Positions 1-6,409 of a stretch of DNA of 9,767 bases are shown here, in pieces. The stretch's first letter is position 1, and every line of letters begins with the position of its first letter. The position numbers were made by a program, and so were the translations under genes. The stretch is from Azolla caroliniana. Lineage: Eukaryota; Plantae; Polypodiophyta. The notes below the pieces were generated by a model. It made no database searches and was not told the origin of the DNA. It was given only the letters and a program-made list of their open reading frames with translations. The DNA lies in assembly GCA_043228905.1 (NCBI GenBank), contig JBHGNT010001329.1, positions 1 to 9,767 on the forward strand, given 5' to 3'.

Positions 1-877
1 AGTACTGGCTATATTCGAGAGTCGAAAACGTTGATAGAAGTGTGGGGCAATCTCAAGAAGATTTTCACAACCAACACGGTCGCACGCAAGCTCCAACTTC
101 GACAGGAGTTAAACAATATGCAATAGAGGGAGATGTTAATCACCATCTATACCTTGAAGATCAAGGAGTTGTGTGATGCCCTTAGATCAATCAATGTCAT
201 CATCGACGATGAAGAAATGGTGTAAATATGCCTCAACGGCTTAGCACCATGATTCAACACAATTAGATCGGTCATTCTCGCAAGGGAGAATCCAGTGCCT
301 TCATTTTTCAACCTTCAATCGATACTATTGGTGGAAGAAAATCATACACGACAAAGGAGAAATGCACCAAATGGTCATATGCTCTACTCCAAGTCAGACG
401 ATAGAAGAGGATTCGGTTGAGGAAATAGAGGTCGATTCGGCTGAGGCCGACAAGGTCAACCGACCTGAGAACTCAACACCCACCATTGGCAAGTCAATAG
501 GCGCAATCCTAGAGAGTTCGGCAGAATGGGGAGTCATCCTACCAGACTGAGCCATCGCAACAACCCGATTGAATGCGGGTACTAGGGAAAACTCGACCAC
601 TACGAAGAGGAGTGCCAAAAGAAACAACGAGAGTCGACTTCGACTAGTTGAAACCTCACTAGATATGTTTCAAATTTCGACTATGACGATCGTGGCGGAA
701 TGTTCATGATGAGGCACAAAGCGCATTCAATGTTGACACAAGGAGAGACAAGTACCTCTCCTTCGGATAATATATGGTTTGTCGACTCCGGAGCATCCAA
801 TCATATGACGTCCCACGAAGATTGGTTCAATCGGCTCGCCTATGTCGAAACCGGAGATGACACAACTCACTCGATTC
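1..877 (+). pseudogene. gag-pol: Ty1/copia element A: decayed gag, zinc knuckle and N-terminal aspartic protease (5' part; continues upstream of the window)
   Basis: Frame +1 reads GYIRESKTLIEVWGNLKKIF...RKLQLRQELNNMQ*...YTLKIKELCDAL...CLNGL (copia gag_2/UBN2-like), then CGY*GKLDHYEEEC (CCHC knuckle, 574-615, second Cys lost), then WFVDSGASNHM (copia protease). Eight in-frame stops (124, 223, 250, 418, 442, 466, 583, 649) and no frameshift. Confidence 0.93.
873..877 (+). repeat. 5-bp target-site duplication GATTC (left copy; right copy at 2691-2695)
   Basis: GATTC directly precedes TGTCA at 878 and directly follows TGACA at 2690. Removing 878-2695 restores the copia frame (TTHSI|QHIENVPF). 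Confidence 0.95.
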
Positions 878-1304
878 TGTCAGGATTCGAACTCTTGACA
901 TAACCATGCTATAATCGAGTGTTATGTGTTAACCACACATCTAGCATATAATCATGTATATACTTCCTCATTGTAGGTTTTAGCTAGCATCATGTGCATA
1001 ATTTCTCCCTTGTATTATTAACACTTGGCACATGCATGCGTACCTATTGCCTACATACTCTATTGTATCACATGCGTGCACCAGGTATGCATGCCACTTA
1101 GTATAAATAGTTGAGTTCACCTTGAAGGAATTCAAGGTGAACAACGCCAGTCATGGACATATCAATCTAGTATTCTCATTTCACCCAATCTTGTCTCCTT
1201 AATCTTCATCTCTATCATTATGCTCTTGTGTCATTCCGTCATCGCTCCGCCATAGCCTCATCATCCGTGCTCCGTCTTAGTCCGCGCTTGGTGTGTCCGT
1301 GACA
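878..1304 (+). repeat. 5' LTR of element B (427 bp)
   Basis: Direct repeat of 2266-2690; starts TGTCA, ends TGACA. Confidence 0.95.
1102..1109 (+). promoter_or_regulatory. TATA box of element B LTR; predicted TSS ~1134
   Basis: TATAAATA lies 32 nt upstream of a C/A initiator-like step (1133/1134). The same motif is in the 3' LTR (2490-2497). Confidence 0.7.
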
Positions 1305-1306
1305 GT

Positions 1307-1317
1307 TTGTTCACCTT
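1307..1317 (+). promoter_or_regulatory. Self-priming primer-binding site (complementary to LTR 1134-1144)
   Basis: TTGTTCACCTT, 2 nt after the LTR end, is the exact reverse complement of AAGGTGAACAA (1134-1144). No TGG-starting tRNA PBS is present. Confidence 0.8.
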
Positions 1318-1500
1318 CCAACTAGAAGCATCACCCATCTCCGTCATCGCCCTTGCTTCTAGAGTTACCATCGTCACTGTACCATCATCAACATCGCTTC
1401 ATTTCTTATCTTCCTCGCCATTTCTATCTCCTAGTTTCTTCTCATCATTTTCATTGGCTTTATATTTCTCCTCATCATTGTCTCTATTTTTTAGTTTCTT

Positions 1501-2129
1501 TCCCGTTCGTGTTTGTGTTCCAGCTGTTAGTGAGGGCTACACAAGGCCGCTCACTCCCATTGGTGTTCGTGTTCTAGCTGCTAGTGAGGGCTACACAAGG
1601 CCGCTCACTCCCGTTGGTGTTCGTGTTCGAGTTCCTGGTGAGGGCCGCATGGTCGCTCACTCCCGTTCGTGTTCTAGTTTCCGGTGAGGACCACACATGG
1701 TCGCTCACTCCCGTTTGTGTTCTAGTCTCTGGTGAGGACCACACATGGTCGCTCATTCCAGTTATTTTTCATGTTCCACATCCTGGCGAGGACCGACATG
1801 GTCGCTCACTCTCGTTCGTGTTCCCGTCTCCGGTGAGGACCCACATGGTTGCTCACTCCAGTTATTTTTCATGTTCCACATCTTGGCGAGAACCAATATG
1901 GTTGGTCATGCCCATTACGGTTCATGTTCCAGTTCTTGGTGAGGACCACACGTCGCTCACTCCCGTTGGTGTTCATGTTCCAGTTCTCCGTGACGACCAC
2001 ACATGGTCTCTCATGCCTGTTGGTGTTCGTGTTCTCTATGAGAACCGCACATGGTCACTCACACCCGTTGATATTTGTGTTCCAATTCTAGGCGAGGACC
2101 ACACATGGTTGCTCATGCCTGTTGGTGTT
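1501..2129 (+). repeat. Tandem array of 12 full units (47-54 bp) plus a partial unit, each ending in a bulged hairpin
   Basis: Units start at 1501, 1555, 1609, 1661, 1709, 1757, 1810, 1857, 1910, 1961, 2015, 2063 and (partial) 2117. Consensus approx. TCCCGTTGGTGTTCGTGTTCCAGTTCCTG-GTGAGGACCACACATGGTCGCTCAC. Confidence 0.93.
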
Positions 2130-2227
2130 AAATACCTCGTCTTGTGGAAGGGTTACTCCTTGTCTAGGATTTACAAAATACTTTGGAGGTGATCTATGAT
2201 TGTCATCAACAATATCCCCTTAACCCG
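2130..2227 (+). pseudogene. Remnant of integrase C-terminal chromodomain
   Basis: KYLVLWKGYS (2130-2159) matches the YLVKWKGY motif. After a frameshifting deletion at ~2166 the sequence reads DLQNTLEVIYDCHQQYPLNP, resembling the L.NA.E.V..FH..YP.KP chromovirus tail. It sits just before the PPT, as expected. Confidence 0.75.
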
Positions 2228-2252
2228 ACAAACGATTTGGGAAGGCATCGTT

Positions 2253-2265
2253 GGAGGGGGGATAA
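2253..2265 (+). promoter_or_regulatory. Polypurine tract of element B
   Basis: GGAGGGGGGATAA abuts the TG of the 3' LTR. Confidence 0.9.
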
Positions 2266-2690
2266 TGTCAGGATTCGAACTCTTGACATAACCATGCTAT
2301 AATCGAGTGTTATGTGTTAACCACACATCTAGCATATAATCAAGTATATACTTCCTCATTGTAGGTTTTAGCTAGCATCATGTGCATAATTTCTCCCTTG
2401 TATTATTAACACTTGGCACATGCATGCGTACCTACTGCCTACATACTCTATTGTATCACATGCGTGCACCAGGTATGCATGCCACTTAGTATAAATAGTT
2501 GAGTTCACCTTGAAGGAATTCAAGGTGAACAACGCCAGTCATGGACATATCAATCTAGTATTCCCATTTTGCCCATCCTCTCTCCTTGATCTTCATCTCT
2601 ATCTTTATGCTCTTGTTCCTCGCGTCATCGCTCCGTCGTAGCCTCATCATCTGTGCTTTGTCTTAGTCCACGCTTGGTGTGTCCATGACA
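2266..2690 (+). repeat. 3' LTR of element B (425 bp)
   Basis: Direct repeat of 878-1304, followed by the TSD GATTC. Confidence 0.95.
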
Positions 2691-2695
2691 GATTC

Positions 2696-3157
2696 AACAT
2701 ATCGAAAATGTCCCATTCAGGAACGATGGCAAACAAACCTACCTCAAAAACGTCTTGCATGTCCCAACCATCACGAAAAATTTGGTCTTGATCGGCCAAG
2801 TAGTAGAACAAGGCATACAAGCGCGGTTCAATAATGAAGGGTGCTTCATTGAAAAAGACGATCAAATCATAGCGCACAGTCGTCGAGAAGGCCGAACGTT
2901 CATCCTCGAGTCGAGGGAGGTGAAATCTGACATGTTCGCAAACAACATCAAAGTCGAAACCGACTTGAAATTGTGGCACAAACGAATTAGCCACATCAAT
3001 CTCCAAAAGCTTAAAGGAATGCAGTTGAAAGGAGTCGTAATTGAACTCCCGACATTTACCGAAAAGGAAAAAGTTGGTGTATTTGAAACCTGCCAATTCG
3101 GCAAACAACACTGACAACCATTCTCGAAAGAGAGGAATGTGAGCAAAGGGACCTTGG
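2696..3157 (+). pseudogene. pol: Copia element A continued: protease C-terminal half and GAG-pre-integrase (HHCC) region, cut off before the integrase core
   Basis: YLKNVLHVPTITKNLVLIGQ...LWHKRISHIN...VFETCQFGKQH*QPFSKERNVSKGTL. Homology stops at the TGTTGAA LTR end at 3158, where (D/E)xxHSDVWGP would be expected. Confidence 0.92.
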
Positions 3158-3479
3158 TGTTGAAGACGCAGTTGTCTTGTGTGGAACAAATCAACACTCC
3201 CCTAAGGTGAGGATCATAAGTGGATGTCGGCAAGGTAGATTGATGGCATCAGAAACAGAAACAGAGAGATAAGACTCAACAAGAACGCAAGAGAGAGATG
3301 ATTAGGCACAAGATGAACTATATTTCAACAACCACCACACCACAAAACTAGGTTACAAAGTCAATTTATGTACTGACTGACTTAGGGCAACTGCCCTTCT
3401 CACTATTATAAATAGCCTAAACCTAGTGTGTATAGAAGGAAACAATGTGAATACGTTCATTAGAGACCCGCATTCAACA
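3158..3479 (-). repeat. 3' LTR of copia element C (322 bp)
   Basis: 7-bp terminal inverted repeat TGTTGAA...TTCAACA, adjacent PPT, and TATA-like CTATTTATA on - at 3407-3415. Only one copy is in the window. Confidence 0.8.
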
Positions 3480-3486
3480 CTCCCTC
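3480..3486 (-). promoter_or_regulatory. Polypurine tract of copia element C
   Basis: GAGGGAG on - directly precedes TGTTGAA. Confidence 0.75.
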
Positions 3487-3681
3487 GTAATGGGCGTATA
3501 CATCGAAATTCTGTAAATCAAAATAAATGTACAATATAGATTGATACAAAGTTTTCGAACAAATCAAAATTTCGTTCGAGTCGGTGAACTTCGAAAAACT
3601 AAAGGCCGAACTGGCCGAGGTTGGGGAGCCGAACTTCGAATTGTCGAAGTTGATTATTTGAAAACATCCTAAGTGTCCGAC

Positions 3682-4586
3682 TTAATCTGACTGATTCTTC
3701 GTTACGCCCATCTGGTGCCGAAGGGACTTCGCCACATCGGACGCAACGACATATTTGGCCTCGATCGTTAATGTGGCAATGCACTTCTGAAGTTTCGATT
3801 TCCACGAGATTGCTCCATTGCTGAACTTAAAGCAGTATCCGGTTGTCGATTTTCAATTGTCCACATAACTGGCAAAGTCTGAGTTGGTGTAGTTGACTAC
3901 GCTTGAAGTGTCGTTCGGACCGAATAGAATGCCAAGGTCTTTGTGCCCACCAGATATCTGAACACATGCTTTACTGCATTCCAGTGCGATCGGCTAGGGT
4001 TGTGCATGAATCTATTGACGACTCCTACGACGTGAGCAATGTCAGGTTGTGTCGCGACCATCGTGTACATCAGGGAGCCGACTGTCGGTGCATATGGTAC
4101 TGGCTTCATAGTTTCCCCCTCCGAACTGGATATCGGGCAGTCTCGGTGAGATAGTCGAAGGCTAATGGGGAGCGAGGTCGAAGCAGATTTCGTCGATTGC
4201 ATATTGAAGCATTCAAGGACATGTTTAATATAGTCAAATTGGGATAGAAACAATTGTCTTTGATTTCGATTTCGACTAATCTTCATGCCGAGAATGTATC
4301 TTGCCGAACTGAGGTCCTTCATGGCAAACTTCAACTGCAGTTGCCGAACGAGTTTGGCAAGCTCTCCGGCTTGCTGACCGGAGATTAGCATATCGTCCAT
4401 GTAGATGATGAGGAAGATGGGTGACCCATCTCAAGTTGTTTTCGTGAAGAGACAATGGTCCTCATCGCTCTTCGAGAAGCTGGCCGACTGAATGAAGTCA
4501 TTGAACTTCTTATACCACTGTTGCGGTGCTTGTTTTAGGCCGTAAAGACTCTTCCCGAGTCGATAGACTATATGTTCTTGGCTGGC
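3682..4586 (-). pseudogene. pol: Copia reverse transcriptase (C-terminal part) and RNase H, decayed
   Basis: KSLYGLKQAPQQWY...DHCLF...IIYMDDML...FAMKDLS...ILGM...VGSLMY...PDIAHVV...HWNAVKHVFRYL. After a 1-bp frameshift at ~3941: YTNSDFA...*KSTTGY...GAISWKSKLQ...EAKYV. Stops at 4431 and 3853; natural-looking stop at 3682-3684. Confidence 0.93.
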
Positions 4587-5120
4587 GCCCCTCACACTAT
4601 ATCTCCATATGTCTCCTTCCAAAACTACCCTCAATATCCTCAACCTGACCACACCATGGACCCATAATATGGTCCATATTAGGTGAGTAAAAAAAGCCTA
4701 CATCATGCAAGATGGCATAGAGCTAAATTTTTAGAGAGGTCACACATTTTCCTCATCGACTTTGGCTTCCGTCACCACAAAAACTATAATGCTCCTTGAG
4801 GTTAGGCCTACGACATCATTGCAAAATATTGGGGCCAAACCATCAATTGGAGTTGCTACAAGGTGTAAGCCATCACCTTAAACTTTAAATGACACAAGGG
4901 AAGAAGTTGTGAGAAACATCCCTCACCTAGTTGATGTTCATCTTGTTTCCCTATCCTCTCCTAGAGAAATGATTACCCAACCATATGGTCTCGTCATCTA
5001 CCAATACCACCCTGACCTCATCCATCCCTTTCCCACTTAGGAATCCTCTCCAAAAAATTTATCAGTGTCAACTATATGTGGAATACTTCTCATTGAAAAG
5101 AATACATAAAGATAAATAAA

Positions 5121-5149
5121 CTAGGATTACTCAATGCACGTTGTGCACC
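5121..5149 (-). mobile_element. Possible Helitron 3' terminus
   Basis: On -: (GG)TGCAC-AAC-GTGCA(TT) hairpin about 10 nt before CTAG|T. The stem is short and no 5' TC end could be assigned. Confidence 0.35.
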
Positions 5150-5859
5150 AAGTTGCAACACATACTTCACCTTAATGTAGGTAAAACTTTAGAGGGATGT
5201 TGATTTTGGAGAGTGTTAATGGATGTGAGACCATGTGTGCATTATGGCATGAGTATCGTGAATAAGACAACCATAATCTCCAATATAGTAGTTGGAAATT
5301 GACTATCCCGAACTATTCCAATAAAATTCACTCTACCAATTGATTATGCGTAGAATAACCAAATCGTTAGTAAGGGGGACCGTTGTCGTGAAGATTTTCG
5401 GCAATAGTGTGAAAATCCCATAAAACGTACAAAATCGAGTATAAATCATGTAATACAATAATTGTGAAGATAACATTTTTAATATCTAAGTACAAAATGA
5501 TGGAGGTTTTCGAATGCACTTTATTACACGAGAAATGGACAACTAAATGTCAAGATATGAGGGTATAAAGTTTGTGAAAAGAAAAGAGAAAATTGTGAGA
5601 TATCCCACATAGGCACGACAAATACGGCTCTCATCATATATAAGGTGGAGCAAAAGATATTATCTTTGTGTCTATGTGTGGAGCATAGAGAGTTCAAGGT
5701 AACTTGAACTTAGAGTGGAGGTGGCTAGCTACTTGAAAAGGGTTTTGGCCAACCAAAACCGGACCGGCGATGGAGCCGGTGATCCGACGGCATCCGGCGG
5801 CGGCACCGGTATCCGGCGACGGTATCCGGTGAACCGGCGACTAGATAAAATAAATATAT

Positions 5860-5949
5860 AAAAATATATATACAAGGAGGGCAAGTATGGATTCGAACCT
5901 TGCACCTCCAAGTTAGGAGTCAAATAGCTTACCATTAAGCCATAGTATT
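5860..5949 (-). ncRNA. tRNA-derived / SINE-head-like Pol III cassette inside the LTR (not a functional tRNA)
   Basis: A box TGGCTTAATGG (5942-5932) and B box GGTTCGAATCC (5899-5889), 32 nt apart. D-arm GCTT/AAGC; T5 run at 5864-5860. Acceptor and anticodon stems do not pair. Confidence 0.65.
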
Positions 5950-6029
5950 TAGTTGAAATTATATTTCTATCATTGTACTTTTACATGTAAATTCTCATCC
6001 ATGAGTGCTAAAATGAGTGACATGGTTAG

Positions 6030-6129
6030 CATGCACCACATGTAATACTTAAGCGCCAAATGGCAAACATGCAATTTATGCATGTCTTGTACCCTCACAT
6101 GCATCATATGCATGAGAGCATCTATAAAA
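6030..6129 (+). promoter_or_regulatory. Candidate LTR core promoter: five RY (CATGCA/TGCATG) motifs followed by TATAAAA
   Basis: RY at 6030, 6068, 6079, 6098 and 6109; TATAAAA at 6123-6129. An alternative TATATAA lies at 5637-5643. Confidence 0.55.
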
Positions 6130-6350
6130 GAGGGAAGGGGGAGGAGAAAAACACGGTTTTTTTTATGAAAATTAAGAGGAAGAAATTCGTTATCAAATTG
6201 ATCGTGTAATCTCAACTTCTCTCTTTTCCAATCTATCTTAAGTACTTTCTTGCCAAAGCTTGTATCGACTCTAAATCCTTCCGGTCCAGAACCCCGGCGG
6301 TTCCGCCTCACGATCCCCGCGTAGTGACGGATCTTCACGACATAATAAAG

Positions 6351-6368
6351 TGGTGAACCCGACGTGAA
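6351..6368 (+). promoter_or_regulatory. Primer-binding site, tRNA-Trp
   Basis: TGGTGAACCCGACGTGAA is the reverse complement of TTCACGTCGGGTTCACCA, the 3' end of plant cytosolic tRNA-Trp as I recall it. Confidence 0.85.
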
Positions 6369-6409
6369 AGAGGCAGTAGGAAGGATCAAGTCGAGATTAA
6401 TACTTGGAG

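Larger units (their letters stand above)
878..2690 (+). mobile_element. Element B: complete non-autonomous LTR retrotransposon (1813 bp), chromovirus (Tf1/Tcn1-like) derivative
   Basis: Two direct LTRs with TGTCA...TGACA ends, a 5-bp TSD, a PPT before the 3' LTR, and a 961-bp internal region with no gag/RT but a chromodomain remnant and tandem repeats. Confidence 0.93.
3158..4586 (-). mobile_element. Copia element C, 3' fragment (RT-RNase H, 3' UTR, PPT, 3' LTR) inserted antisense into element A
   Basis: Order on the - strand is RT, RNase H, UTR, PPT, LTR. Candidate TSD CTTGG at 3153-3157 (partner not identified). RT homology ends abruptly near 4586. Confidence 0.85.
5384..6342 (+). repeat. 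5' LTR of gypsy element E (959 bp)
   Basis: 12-bp perfect terminal inverted repeat TGTCGTGAAGAT (5384-5395) / ATCTTCACGACA (6331-6342), followed by the PBS. The second LTR is outside the window. Confidence 0.85.

Noticed and set aside
362-627. Short ORFs 362-550 (+) and 394-627 (-)
   Set aside because: They are off-frame shadows of the decayed copia gag in frame +1.
878-1304. Retrozyme (hammerhead ribozyme in the LTR of a small non-autonomous element)
   Set aside because: I found no CUGANGA...GAAA core on either strand; the nearest match is GAUGAUGAG on -, without the flanking helices.
1501-2129. CRISPR array (hairpin repeats with spacers)
   Set aside because: The linkers are homologous to each other rather than unique spacers, there are no cas genes, and the context is a eukaryotic LTR element.
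1307-2192. ORFs in the internal region of element B (e.g. 1584-2192, 202 aa)
   Set aside because: They are products of stop-poor repeats, and several unit lengths (47, 52, 53) are not multiples of 3. Only the last codons (chromodomain remnant) look protein-derived.
5191-5203. PPT plus LTR start (AGAGGGA-TGTTGA)
   Set aside because: The motif is short, with no matching LTR end and no upstream pol homology in the window.
4587-5380. DNA transposon with TIRs GCCCCTCACACTA / TAGTAAGGGGGAC
   Set aside because: Complementarity is only partial and there is no matching TSD.
5876-5949. Functional tRNA-Arg(CCT) gene
   Set aside because: Acceptor and anticodon stems do not pair and the T stem is partial; kept only as a tRNA-derived cassette.
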